A DNA stretch of 63,097 nucleotides, filler included, from 11 parts of 11 records of this genome joined end to end with filler, not necessarily neighbours in it; one strand, 5' to 3'; counted from the first letter of the whole stretch, positions 39,014 to 53,000 are shown. Notes: generated by a model not told the origin, from the sequence alone. Program-made: numbers and translations.

Positions 39014-40559
39014 GTGCTTTTTTGATCCCATACACGATAATGCTGGTTCTGGAAGGAATTCCTCTGTTTTATATGGAATTAGCGCTGGGACAATATTTCA
39101 GAACTGGTTCTCTAGGTGTATGGCCTCGATTAAATGGCTATTTAAAGGGAGTTGGAATAGCATCCGTAGCAGTCTGCTTTTTGGTGGCAATGTACTACAA
39201 TACCGTTATTACTTGGTGTTTGTTCTACCTTATATATAGTTGCCAGAAAACACTGCCATGGGCTAATTGCCCAACTATAGACGTGCCGGAAAATATAATG
39301 TGGAACGACACAGCTCAAGTAACCCGAATGGTCACCAAAGTTGTTCCTGAATGTGCTGCTTCTGATGAGACCAACTACTTTTGGTACAGAGAGGCATTGC
39401 AAACATCAGCAAGTATCGATGAATTTGGCACTTTGAACTGGAAGATGGCCCTCTTTTTGGCGCTTGCTTGGACCATAACCTACTTAAGCATCATCAAAGG
39501 AATTAAATCCAGTGGCAAGGTTTGATTTGTATTCTGATACATATAATATCTCTAAATAGAAAGTCTGAATGCGACTATCATTTAGGTCATGTATGTTACA
39601 GCCACGTTTCCATACATCGTTTTGGTTATTTTCTTTATCCGTGGAATTACACTACCAGGTGCAATGTCTGGATTGAAGCATATGTATACGCCACGGGTAA
39701 GTTTTATTAAATTCAAACTGTGAGTAGTCTGGGTTAAATATCAGTATGTTACTTATTAGCGTCATTACACCGGTATAATAAAGTGGCATAGAAGTTCTCT
39801 TGAAAGGCATGCGTTTGTTTAAGCCATGCTGCTGTTATGATATTAGTACGCCTACTCGCCACGTGAACACCATGCTGCTTGCATGCCATAACCATGTGAT
39901 GATACACCCTCTGTAGCCCATCGATTTCTATAGCCAAGCATACCATGTGTGCACTGAAATGATTAGCAGTGTGTTTGTTTCGTACTTATTAATGGTTTAT
40001 TACATAGATTGAGGAATTGGCGAATCCGAGGGTGTGGCTTGATGCTGGAACTCAAATATTTTATAGTTTGGGATTGGCATTTGGTGGTTTGATTGCATTT
40101 GCCAGCTACAACGATAGAACGAATAATGTTAAAAGAGATGCAATATTGGTGTCCATCACCAACTGTAGTACCTCACTCTTTGCCAGTATCATAGTTTTCA
40201 GTGTACTCGGTTTCAAAGCTACCAGTAACTTTGACAAATGTGAAGCAAAGTATGCATACTAAATCTATTTATAGAACATGTTTGAATATTTTCATATTTT
40301 CAGTTCATTGGCTATTTTAAACGAGACAATGCTATGCAATACAGAAATGGGTTGTCGCCAGATATTTAATGAAATGAAATCAAATATTTTGTGGAATGAA
40401 GAAGACGAAATGAATGACAAGTTTAAGATGGACTTGGAAAAGATTGTGAAGAATTTAAATGCTAGCCTAACAAACGAGCATTTTGAGGAAGGATTTGGAA
40501 AACTTTCGGAAAGGGCTGGTGACTTCAAATTATGCAACTTTGAATCCTTTTTTGACAAG
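39014..40559 (+). CDS. SLC6 sodium-dependent transporter (nutrient amino-acid, SLC6A15-20-like), partial at both ends
   Basis: [68 protein letters not shown], and an expanded EL4 loop after SVLGFKA. Confidence 0.92.
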
Positions 40560-40978
40560 GTATTCAAATTATTAATAGCATTGATCTGATGCAATTTTTA
40601 ATAATAAGTAACAAGCTATTNNNNNNNNNNNNNNNNNNNNNNNNNNNNNNNNNNNNNNNNNNNNTTAATTAATTAANNNNNNNNNNNNNNNNNNNNNNNN
40701 NNNNNNNNNNNNNNNNNNNNTTTTATTGACGATTTTATCTTTGAAATTGATGCTTCTTTCTTCAAAATTATATTGATCATTTTATCATTGATCTTATGAT
40801 GATATTATGAAGATTAAACTAATAATACAGTATTAGGAGTCGACTTAATTATTATAAATGATAATACAAATAGAATAACAATCATGTTACTTTATTATTA
40901 ATAATTAAAAATATTTTAAAGTAGATGGTTGCATGGTATGAATAAAAGTGAACAATATTATAAGAAACAAGAAACAAT

Positions 40979-41929
40979 TTATGCTTCTGTAAGATCATCG
41001 TTATAATACAAATGAATGGCAGAAATATGCTGTTCATTATCAATTCTTAGATTGTAAAATTCTTCGTCTTCGTCCATGACTCCATTTTCTTCAAGTGTCT
41101 TATCCATTTGCAGGCATTCCCCTTCATTTTTCCAAGTATAACTTGCTGCATGTGCATTATAAAACAAATACCTATCCAGTATTTCGTTTATTGTTTCTTC
41201 TGAACAAACCTGAAAATTTAGTAAAGATCAATTTTTTGTAAGATTTTGATCATTTTAAAATTTTATTATTAATTTTCTAATATTTAGCAATATTTATTTA
41301 TAAAATCATAATGATTACCTCCAATGTTTGCTCCTGTGATGTAAGTGTGTTGACAATACGTATTAATCGTGTTTTCTTGCTCAAAGTACCAATGCAGTAC
41401 CCATCATCTTTCCACCAAGGTCTGCCAAAATCATTGATCCAGTCTGAACATGGAAATGCGGGTGGAACGTGGACAAATCGACCAGTTGGTGAATATGGTA
41501 TCAAGCAATTGGTTACTGGATCAACATATCTTCGCAGCTAAAAGAATAGACTATGGTGCAAAGAACTTCAAATTTATAAATTATTATAATAAACTAAAAC
41601 TATTAATAATGTAAAATCATACGTTACAATTATTAATATAACCAAACAGTAGTACTACACTAATAAACCAAATAACGACCACAAGAATAAACTTGCATAC
41701 AAAACATTACATCTTTTGTCTTTGGATCAAACCAATGACTGATGTCTTGCCCAGCTGCTGCTACTATTGGCTTCAGTAAAACATCACCATTAAATTTTTC
41801 TGCCAAAGGTGTTAAATCATAAACTTTGCCAAGAAAACTGACCCATAAATCATTTAAACTATTGTGAACGGAGACTTCATTAGGTGTATAAAATCTTTGG
41901 ATTTTCTTTGGAACAATTGGTGTGTTCAT
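40979..41929 (-). CDS. CYB5D1: Cytochrome b5 domain-containing protein 1, 3 exons
   Basis: [60 protein letters not shown] and the C-terminal [11 protein letters not shown]. Confidence 0.93.
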
Positions 41930-42454
41930 TTCGCTAAAATAACAATTGTTTGCCAAAATCGAAATTAAAGATAGTTTATTTTAGATAGACCTATAATCTA
42001 TAAAGTATTAATATTCTAGACTTTAAAGAACCAATGATACGACGTTACGTTAATTTCAGCTATAATTTACAATACGCCTATTGAAGAAGAATTGCGCTTA
42101 TTCAATGCACTTGCTATAATGTCTGATATGAATGTGAATGACGCCATCTTGAATTTCAAAGTGTGTGCATAGCAACAACATAGAACACTGATACATATGA
42201 ATAGACTAACGATAGTATCGGATACCAATCGTTCATGCAACCTACTATTATTAATGATAAGCTAATTCTAAATTAAACCTCCAGCACCTAAAACACCATT
42301 AAGAAACGTTTTCACTCAAATTTTTTAGGACACTTCAGTAAAGATAATTTTTATTACTTCTTCAATATTATGAAATAGATAATAGTTGCACTAATTAGAT
42401 TTAAATGGTATTAGATTTCAAAAGTATATGCTACATTAATACAATAAATATTTT

Positions 42455-44466
42455 TCAGCTTTCCTCCAACAGTACTTTTCTCTTTTTCACAGGTAAATCT
42501 GATACGGTCCCAGGTTTTGAGTTTGCTTTCAAATTTCTTTCCTTCTTTCTGTCAGCGCTTAATATAGTTTTAACTTCTTTTTTAGCATTGTAGACATGCT
42601 TTGGAACGTGCCTATGATTAGCAATCTTCTTCACGTCAGGATGGAAAGCATACTTTTGCTTTAGTTTGTCATTGTAATTTGCAGCATCTTTTTCACGTTT
42701 AGACAGCTAAATATTTTATCAAACATATTATCAATTAAATTAGAACATTTAAAGTAATAACAAATTCCTTACTAAACCAAGTTTTTCTGAAGAATAGGCC
42801 TTCCATAGTCTCAAATTCATTTCATCAGAGCCAGAAACTATAAACTTATTATCAAGTGACCATTTGACGCAAAAGACACGTTGCATTCTTTTGGTGTGGT
42901 AAACGTCTCTACTATGACCATTATGTATTTCGAAAATTCTTAATGTTTTGTCATAACTACCACTAACAAATTCTTTCCCCGTTGGTGAGAAATCAATATC
43001 CATAACTAAAGCAACTAGTGGTCATAGCTATCGATATCGACGAAAAGTTTAAATATGAAAAAAAAAATACCTGCACCAACATGATCACTATGCATCATTA
43101 AGGGGTTTCTCAAGTGTCTCATGTCAAAAGTATAAAGACTAAACGTAAGAACGTTTAAAATATTACACACATTACAAATTTTAGACTACAATACATTTAT
43201 TTAATATATTATAGATAACCTAACTACGGATAGTATTCACTGGGTACAATGTGGTCAATACTTATAGTCTTCATTGGCAGCTGTAAAGATGAAAGGTTCC
43301 CTAGGATTCCAGGCCACGGAATTAGATCTAAGCTCCAATAACAATCGTCTAATAGGTACAGGTTTTCTGGTATCTATGAAAATCAAACTACGATCGCTAC
43401 AAGTTGAACACAAAAGATCGTTCTAAAATAATACAATTGTTTTTAACATGAAAAAAGATGTCTCTGATATATCGAACAATAATTCGGAGAATTTCCTCAT
43501 ACCTCAGCTGGATTAAAGTTAACTTTGCTATGAGTGTCATGACCCCAAGTATAACTTCGGACAGGATCACACCTTTCAGTATCCCAAATATCTACAGTTT
43601 CCCCACAAGTAGCAAAACTGTTTATTTCATAAGCACAATCCAAGCCATACAACACAGACTAAAATGCAAACTTTTTCTTGTTAGTACTGTATCCCTCATA
43701 GCATGGCAAGAGCATGAAAAATTTACCTTGGATAAAATACTTTTCGCAGGTACCTCTGTATTATCAAAAGACCAGAACTTTATACATTTATCATCACCAA
43801 CTGATATAAATTGTTTTGATTGGCTAGTGATACCAAGACCTCTTATCCAGCCTGAATGAGCGTTTCGATAAATGTTTTCACAAGAGTGCAAAGCTAAATT
43901 CCATATTCTAATCTAAAGTTTTGCACATACATTACTAACCAATATATTTTACATCATCAAGCACTGTAAAACCTAGATACTATTGTATAATGATAGATGC
44001 ATACTTCGCCATCGTATGAACCTGATAAAAGCATTCGAAGATTTTTACGATCTTTTGTAAGACAGCTAACGCCATCCGTATGCCCATCCAAAGAACAGAT
44101 AAATGGTTTTGCAAACACCCTACTCAACTTTGTTGCGTTTAAAGCCCTAATGTATTCCCTATTTGATTCAAAAGGATGATTGATGGGATCCAAGTTTCTC
44201 GGTACTGCATATCATATGATAAAGAAAAAGTATTAGGTATTATTATTAATTAACAATAACTATTATTATCATTGGATTACTGTACACATGTTGCAATGCT
44301 TACATTATAACTTATGAACTTCGTGCTACGTTATAGAATAACTACGATAAGTATTTATTAATTACATTCTGTCACCCCTGTGAATGTCAAACTTCGTTTG
44401 TCTGGTAAAATTATCCGGATTACGTGTCAATACTTTAATCTTGACATCATTATTGATACTGGACAT
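42455..44466 (-). CDS. DCAF13: DDB1- and CUL4-associated factor 13 (Sof1/WDSOF1), multi-exon
   Basis: KIKVLTRNPD, HPFE..REYIRALNATKL.RVFAKPF, WNP.EPF.FTAANEDY, DFSPTGKEFVSGSYDK, YHTKRMQ, SGSDEMNLRLWKA, IANHRHVPK. Confidence 0.96.
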
Positions 44467-44859
44467 GTCTAGAACGATATATTAATATCAGTAAAGAATA
44501 ACGCAGTTGCAATACTATTAAAGAAAGTTGCAGTTTAATTAAATAATCTTATAATAAAAAACGAGAAAAGACTTATTATTAAATCAAAACTTATTAAAAA
44601 CTCTCTACACAGTAAGATTAGATTCATAGTCACAGTATGTCGTATTGTAATCTAAATTAATAAATGTACGTAATTACAATATCATTTAATAAATAAGTAT
44701 GTAGTAAAGACGATAGTGAGACTATATGTATGTCTAGATTCTAAAAGATGTATTTATTGATTTTAAAAAGTATAACATAACAAAAAAACGCATTAATAAT
44801 AACAATTCAACAGTGTTAATTTTTCATCGCCACTCAAAGGATAATCCAAACCATTCGGC

Positions 44860-45683
44860 CTAGATATCATCCCCTTCGGTCAAAAGGTAATCCAGATCTT
44901 TCGGTCTCTGGCGTGAATACTGCTTGGCGGCAGGTTTCCTGGGAGCTCTGGCACTATTATAAGTAGTTGTGTTCAAGGAAGCACCATTAGTAGCTTTTGG
45001 CTTTGACGTCGGAACCTATGACAACAATATATTAATTGCATAATTATTACTATTGAATTATTATTAACAGCAATACTTTATTTCATATAAAATTTCGTAT
45101 GTTTAAATTTCTTAACTTATCACAATGTGACATAGCATACCTCGTTATTATTGTGATAATCACCACTGGTCAAATAGACGTTCTCTGCACTTGTTGAAGA
45201 TGACTGCATTGGAGGTCCAACGGGTTCAATAGGTTTCCCTGAAGCTGGTTGTGTCTGAAGCCAAGTATTGACTTTATCATCTTTGTCAACTACCTTCGGC
45301 GCAGGATGAACAAGTGAATCTGGGATACTAACTTGAGTTCTTTCTGGTGAAGTGAAAGATTCTTTGCTAGAACTGTTAGTCATTTTGATCCCACCATATC
45401 TTCCCGGATTGTGGTCTCTTTCAAGAGTAGCCTTCTGCTCTTTCAACCATTGAAAGACATCATGTTTCAATGGTTTGCAGTTTCCAAAGACTTCTTGTAC
45501 CGTTAATTTCGGCTGGTTCTCTGCTTTCTTGACTATGTCATCCAATGTTTCGAAAAGAACCATTTCTTCTTCTGACTCATCAGATTTAACAGATTCTTCA
45601 TCAGATGATGTAGATGAAAACGCCTCTTCATCATTGTCAACTCTGTGTTCAAATTTAGGAGCAAGTTCTTCCTTTTGAGCCAT
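44860..45683 (-). CDS. Hypothetical protein with acidic, low-complexity N-terminus; 2 exons (45683-45141, 45015-44860)
   Basis: 190-aa ORF with a phase-0 GTATGC donor joining a CATAG acceptor and an in-frame terminal exon ending DYLLTEGDDI*. No family recognised. Confidence 0.6.
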
Positions 45684-46013
45684 ACTTGCCAAGTTTTGGT
45701 GAAACGTTTACACAATAAGGTCCTAAAAATAAATTCGTCAACTGTCGTATGTATGTACCTTTTATTGTAACAATCTTAGATTTTAGTAAACTTTATGCCA
45801 CGTAATCTGCGCATTACGTACGCATTATCAAAAAATAAAAATAGATATGCTCGTTGTGCAAATAATATTATAATAATACGTAGTACATATTACGTTGCCC
45901 GTTGTGTACACATTACGTAGTACGTAATACGTATCAGGGTACATAATATGTACCTAACATAAGCACGGTACATATTACGCACGCGCAAAAAAGCCTAAAA
46001 TCAACCAAAAACA

Positions 46014-48092
46014 TTACTTTGGCCACGATTGGTCAAGTACATTCCTATCAAAATTGAATTGTTCTCGATGACACTGCATAAAAGGCTGAGCTGTTAAAAT
46101 TGCCCATAACTCGGAAGAAAAACCAGGTGCCATTGGACTTATCATTACAATAAATTCCAACAAATATTGGTGCAATAATTTACTATGAGTTAAACTTTCC
46201 TTGCTAACTATCTTCTTGTTTCTGAAAGTCTGAAGATATCCTTGCAAAACGCGAATATTTGTATTTAATAAATGTGTTTTTTCGTAATAGGACGTAACAG
46301 ATTGCAAAGTAGTGTTACGCTTTTTCGTCAAAAAAGATTCGCATTTCTGCAATTCTTCAATATTTGGCAAGGACACACTTTTGCAATCTAGATCGATCAA
46401 CGTAGTTACCAAATTCCAAGTTCTTGACATAAATCTTTTCATACTAATGAATTCTAAAGTTGAAACAATAAATGAATGGTAATGAAATACAATATACCCA
46501 TACAGAGTCTGTAACAGACCTCTTTCGTTCCATTTTCTTGGATATTTAGGCGCAACGTCAGCCAACATACATAACCTTGTGACATCAACACCAAATTTAT
46601 TCATGATTTCTCCAGGGTCAACACCATTCTTCTTCGATTTGCTCATTTTATCCCAATAAACCTCAACATGTTCTTTTGTAGAAATTTCAACAAATTCTCC
46701 ATTCTCTTTTTCAAAAACCTCTGAAGAAATTAAAAATTTGCCACTGTGCTTGGTTTTATATGTTTTCCCCAAAATCATTCCTTGTACCATCAATCTGGTA
46801 AAAGGCTCAACACAATTAGCCATACCAATTTTATGCAAAAAATGATTGATAAACCTGGCATAAAAAAGGTGCATAATTGCATGTTCTTTGCCTCCAACAT
46901 ACAAATCAACTGGCATCAAATGGTTAGCTTTGTCCGAATCAAAAGCCATTTCTTTATTGTGAGCATCACAATATCTTAAAAAGTACCACGAGGAATCAAC
47001 AAATGTATCCATTGTATCTTGCTCTAAAGATGTTTTAGAACTTCCACATTTGGGGCATTCTTCCGCTGATGAGGAATGATTTATGGGTAATCTTGCATAT
47101 GGAATCGGTTGTGGACCACAAGAGCTGCAATGAACTATTGGGATTGGTGTTCCCCAAGTTCTTTGGCGAGAGATTAACCAATCTCTCAATGATTTTCCAG
47201 AATAACAAGCAATAACATTTTTTTCTCTTAATTTCTCCATTAAGTTATTAGAAACACCATTTCCAGAAATTTTTGGAAATTTTAAATTTTTCGCCACATG
47301 TAAGTTTAACAGATCATTTCCAGAACAAAGCTCGCCTTCTGAGTTCTCAAAAATATTAGACTGGACCACAATTGGCCAACTGATAGCTGGACGTAAAGGA
47401 TTATTTACACTAGCTTTTAACCGCTTAACTAAAAATTATTAATAACAATGTTTTGCACTAAATATTTATTAATACAAATATCATTACATATGTATCAAAT
47501 TGAACTATTGTAAATTACAATTTGTAATAGAGAAATTATCTATTATATTTAGCATCATAATAACTCGAGTGATCATGAGGTTGACATACTTCTGACTTTC
47601 TGTGGTTCTTCATCTTCTTTAGCCGTAACTTCAATTTCCATTTCTTCACTTCTAAATTTTCCTGTAATTAAATTACGTCATTTTCACCGTGTCTTACATT
47701 AATTCTTGTATATCTAGGAAGTGTTTTTCAGGAACAGCAACATGAGTTATATGGTTAAACTGTTGTTCATTTTCTAAGAATAAATATAACATATTTGGAG
47801 CACCAGAATTGTCTAACAAACATTTTCCTGCCTCATCATAAACATGGTATTGAAGCTCCAACTTTAATCCTAAGGTGTGACCAATCCAATTTCTCTGCAT
47901 TTGTTTTACTTCATTGCTAAAGTTTTTTAGGCCTTTTAAATTTTCTTGCAAATCCTTGGCAAGAGCTGTGGTTCTGACAAACCATTGTTTTAACCATTTT
48001 TTCTCAACTTTGGCACCAGATCTCCAAGAACAGCCACTTAGATCAATCTGCTCATCTGCTAGGACAGTTTTGTCAACTGGATCCCAATTTAC
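46014..48092 (-). CDS. LARS2: Mitochondrial leucyl-tRNA synthetase, 5' end truncated
   Basis: VNWDPVDKTVLADEQID..GCSWRSGAKVEK, MQRNWIG, LRDWLISRQR.WGTPIP, DTMDTFVDSSWYFLRY, GGKEHA, KMSKSKKNGVDP. Confidence 0.93.
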
Positions 48093-50084
48093 CTAAATTT
48101 AATAATACTTAACTCAAAGTAAACTTCAGTTTAATCAAAAATTAATTACTATTAAAATTGTATTCATTAAAAATAATAGGTACTTATTTAATGAATGCAT
48201 CATTATGATTAAATTATAGTACATGATTTAATTATGTATAATTAGTGTGCATGATTTGTATGGTAATCATCATTATTAATAATAATGTTTATTATTAATC
48301 AGTATGTATTATAAATTGTAATACAATATATTACAAATCAAAAATTTTGATTCAACATTCATAAATTTTTCTTTCAAGGATTTTCATTTACAAATTATGC
48401 AAAAATTAAATTCCTGAAAATTGAAAGAAAAGATTGTTTATTGTTAGTGAAAGTTTATCTGAAGTGCTTTGTTGCATTGAAAGATTAAATTTTTGAAAAT
48501 AGCAACAACAGATTGTTTATTGTTAGTAAAACTTTAGTTGAACTGCTTTATTCCATTGTTATTGCTATTTTGGTATAAAATAGGCATGTTGCATGTTGGT
48601 GGTGATTAGTGCACAAAATGAAAATGAAAGCAACATTCGTTTTAGTTTTATTACTAGTTGTCTTTTCTGTTATGAACACTACTTTAGTAATCAATATAAT
48701 ATGGTTGACTTTAGTAANNNNNNNNNNNNNNNNNNNNNNNNNNNNNNNNNNNNNNNNNNNNTTAATTAATTAANNNNNNNNNNNNNNNNNNNNNNNNNNN
48801 NNNNNNNNNNNNNNNNNGTGTATCACTTGGTGAGGTTTCCTTGTAAGAAGTCCTTACCAAAACTTTATGACTGTTCTACTAAGAACAGTGTTCTTTAGCG
48901 CCATCCATAGTGCTGTCACGATTGAATAAAATCTTTATTGAAAAATATTTATTAACATACATATATATTAAAATTAATATATAATTAATTTTAGGATATA
49001 TTATGTATTACTGAATTAGTAATACTAATGCAGCTTTTTGCATAACAATGTATTCAAAATATTAAATGTATTAATAATTATGAATTATTCACGTAAATAT
49101 TCTATTTATATAGTTTTACATTAATTTTATGGTAATTTAATATTTGTTTATTAAGATTGATATTAATAATGTTAATAAAAAAATACAGTAATAATATATT
49201 AAATTATGATTTATAATAGACGTATTCATTGAATATGTAATATGAATCTGCAGGTATTACTAATAGTAGTGCAATTATCATTTACTTTGCTGAGTAATTA
49301 GTAAAATGTTTAAGACCTTAATGTTATTTGATAGTAGTTATAATAGAAACCTCAGGACATTGATTAAATGACCTGGTTATTTTATTTTATCTACCATAAT
49401 AATTATAGCTAGATTTAGGGATTTTGCCCTCAGATTTCACTACTAAAAATAAAGAATAAATATATCACAATTATGCTTTACGACAATGTTACACCTTTAT
49501 TGCTATTCTCAGATTGTTGCTAAATCTAAAATAATGAATTGATAGGATAGAAAGGGGTAAAAGTTTATGCTGATCCTATTGAACCCCTCTGTATCATTAA
49601 ACAATAAAATTTTACCATTTTTCTCGATGCTAATTGCAAACGAAGTTAATAGCAGATCGGCTTTAATACAATAATATGACCCCCTAATAAAAAGATGTCG
49701 TCACTAATTGCAACATAGACATAGTAATTGCAATGAAATGTTATTACTAGTGATGGTAAAAATAATATTGCCCATGTTTATAGTGAGTATTGAAGAGCTA
49801 TCCATCGCCTATCCATCCATCCATATTGCAATAACAATGCTATATAATTATTATTATTAATGTTGGAACCACAATATGCAATATATGATGGATATCATTA
49901 TAAGCATGCCCATGCATTCTTTGTTATTACTATTATTAATGCAATAATCATAATCATAATTCCGCTTTATGCCTGGCTACTGGCCTTGTTACCTGTTCAA
50001 GTTGATTTTTTCTATTATTTGATGTACGATTATACTAGCTGAACAAATATTATATCTAAGCTTGCTTTCTTTCATTTTCTAAGG

Positions 50085-53000
50085 GAAGTCACATTTGTGG
50101 AGGAAGAACCTGAAGAAAAATCTTCGCATTTGAATAAAGGCAACAACAATGACCGTAGGAAACATGGTAAACCTTCAACATTTCACAAAGATAGGTCAAG
50201 TAGACCTTCGGAAGGTGGTGGTGGTGGTAAAACCCCCTCATTATCGAAACTTGGAACCGAAGTAAGTGGGTAGATACAGAAAGCGTGTAGTATCCATGTA
50301 CTTTATGGATAATCCATGAATAATTTATTGGACAGAATTATTCTGTCACATAGATGTAGCATGAAACTTTAATAATAATGCCATGGGCATTCATTGTTAA
50401 ACATGCAGGGGTGCACCTCACTCGCAAAATAGAGCTGACTATGGCTGAATGAAAAAGGAGCTGTGGGGTGTTAAGGCGTCTTGTGTATAGTAATTATCGC
50501 TTGATTTGTATTATAATTATGTTTGTATGTGTTTGGAGTTTACTGCATCTATTCATATGTGTGGTGGGTAACAAATTTGGCGCAATTACCATGGAACTTT
50601 ACTATTTTCTTAAGACATATTGTTGAATTGCCACTCTTGAATGCACACGTGAAACGGTAATACCCCTAGATTTGTGAATATGTGAACTCCCTAGACCATT
50701 ATTCATTGATGCCTCTTGCAAGGTAATCAGGTGATTATTGAAAGTGAAAATAGAAAGGGTTAAAAGTATTGGGATTAAGTCTAATAGCATTGAAAGGGTT
50801 TTATTATCAATAATAATATGGATCAAGCATTATTATTATAGCAAAGAGAAAGGCTTTATCAAAGCTGGTATTGCATCAAGAAGCGGGTAAAGGATGAAGA
50901 ACATGCTAAGTTGCGGGACAAAATTAAATTGCAAAAAGAGTTAATTATGGCAATGGATGAACTCACTGCCCAGCAGAAAGCTGAAGAGGAAGAACTTGTA
51001 CAAAAGGTGAGAAACACCTACTAACAATGAAAAAGGAGTTATTATAATTACTGTTTGCACAAACTTATTATTTCTATTGTATTAAACCATGTTTTTATAA
51101 CTACCTAACGATCAGGGGTTTTCTTTCTCCCTTACCTCTTCATTCATTCACCCTGTCTCTCTTTCCCTTTCTCTCTCTCCCTCCCTCTCCCTTTCCCTCT
51201 CTTCTCCTTAATTTTTAATGATCCAACCAAGCAGGCTATTATTATTATAATGCAACGCATAGGCATTGTACTACTCAATTATCAATTGAAACACGTTTGT
51301 TTCACCTTTTCCTAATCCAGTATGGCTGCTGTCAATAAATAGTACAATAGGCCTGCTGCAGCTATTCTACCTATATAAAAGCAGTTTGACAAAGCTGCTG
51401 GCATTGCTGCTGCTGTTTCGGCCTTGCCTATTATTACATACATCGCGGCTACTTATTGCTACTGCTTTCCAAGCAAATCTTCGTCCTCCTCAACTTGAAG
51501 AACTATGAAAATAAGCTGGGATAGGGTGCTGGTTTCATGTCGTGGATAGATGAAACAATATCATCAATTTATCAGCAGTCTAGCACCATGTGAAATCAGT
51601 GCCCATCTTTCAGATTAAATGCTGCTACAACATCATAAATTCATCATCATACTCATTCAATGCTAACACCCCGTACTGCCATTTCTCTTCCTTCCTTTTG
51701 TGTTTGCTTCTACCTTACCTGCACTAAACCTAGGCAAGACTGGAAGCCAAGGAAAGAAGACAAATGCAGCATGAATATTACCAGAAAATCTGTTCAAAAT
51801 CTATGGGTAAACATGCGATATATTTATAACATTAATATTCCTGACACACCTCTCTTGTCTTTAGCACATGAAAAGAAGAAAAAACGCCTTCTTAGGAGCA
51901 GAGAGAAAAGTCACCTGTGTGATGGTTCTAGTGATACAGCAGGGAAGCGAAAAACATCCGAGGACCTAAAGAATGCCACTTATGAGGAAAGTGGTGCGAG
52001 GCCCCTTAGCGTCATACAATCTCGCAGCGGGGATGATGACATAAGTGGCATAGGGGGTGAAAGTAGTGAAGCTGAAGATAGTCCTGAAATTCCGCAACAT
52101 GTTCAGTTTTCAGGACAACCTCCTCCAGGTAGGAAAAGCTCTGCGTTTTGTTTGATAAGCCGGTGCTTATTTTTTTAAACAACAAATGAGATTGTGCGAT
52201 AAATTGCTGGGGTGTAGAAAAGCTTCATCTCATGTATTCATAATTCTCTATTGTTTATGTCTCTATAGAGCAGGCAACCCTTTCTGAAAAGGATCTGGAA
52301 AAGTTGCCATGGTATGAACAGCAGTTATATCGATTGTATGGGGTTGAAGTTGCTGAGTACTTTTTAAAACCCAAGTTTAGCCAGAAACTAAAATCAAAGC
52401 AAAGCAGCAAAATGAAGAAAGGTAATTAGCTGTACCACTTTTTGGCGCGTAAACCCATGATCATTATGTGCAATACTACTTTAATGGATAACTTAGCTGC
52501 ATTCATATAGCTTTTTAATAAGCCTAACACAGAAGCTAGCAAATGCAACTTATTAAGTGAAGATTGTTACTTTTAAGAAATTTTATAGGCCTGAAATTTG
52601 CTGGAACTAGTTTGTGGTCAAACCTAAGACAGAATTCCAAAAAGAGAATTCGCAGTGAAGACCTTAAACTATCCCAAAGCCTGAAGGTATAATAATTACA
52701 ACACTTCACATTCAATGTACGTTACCCAATAATCTATTGTATTCTTTATGTAGGACACTTATGCAGCTTACATAAGACAGAATCTAGTGAAGGGTAAAAG
52801 GAGACCTGTCAATAGAAATTTTCAAACAGACGATGACGTAATAATACAAATTGCTACTATGTGCTACTGTTTCATTACGAGATCTCCTCCCATTTCATTC
52901 TTTCTATAGGTTGTCAAAATGAAAGTACTAATGGATCAGCGAAGATTGAAACAAATCAGATTTATGCGACACCAAATGGAATTGATGTATCGTCAGGCAC

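Noticed and set aside
45533-45722. Alternative-frame ORF that could be spliced on as the missing LARS2 C-terminus
   Set aside because: Frame-compatible, but with no resemblance to the LeuRS C-terminal domain, and it overlaps the orphan gene's main frame.
52589-52686. Apparent in-frame stops suggesting a variant genetic code or readthrough
   Set aside because: Re-reading with the correct phase-1 junction gives an open frame (GLKFAGTSLWSNLRQ...). The standard code fits all genes examined.
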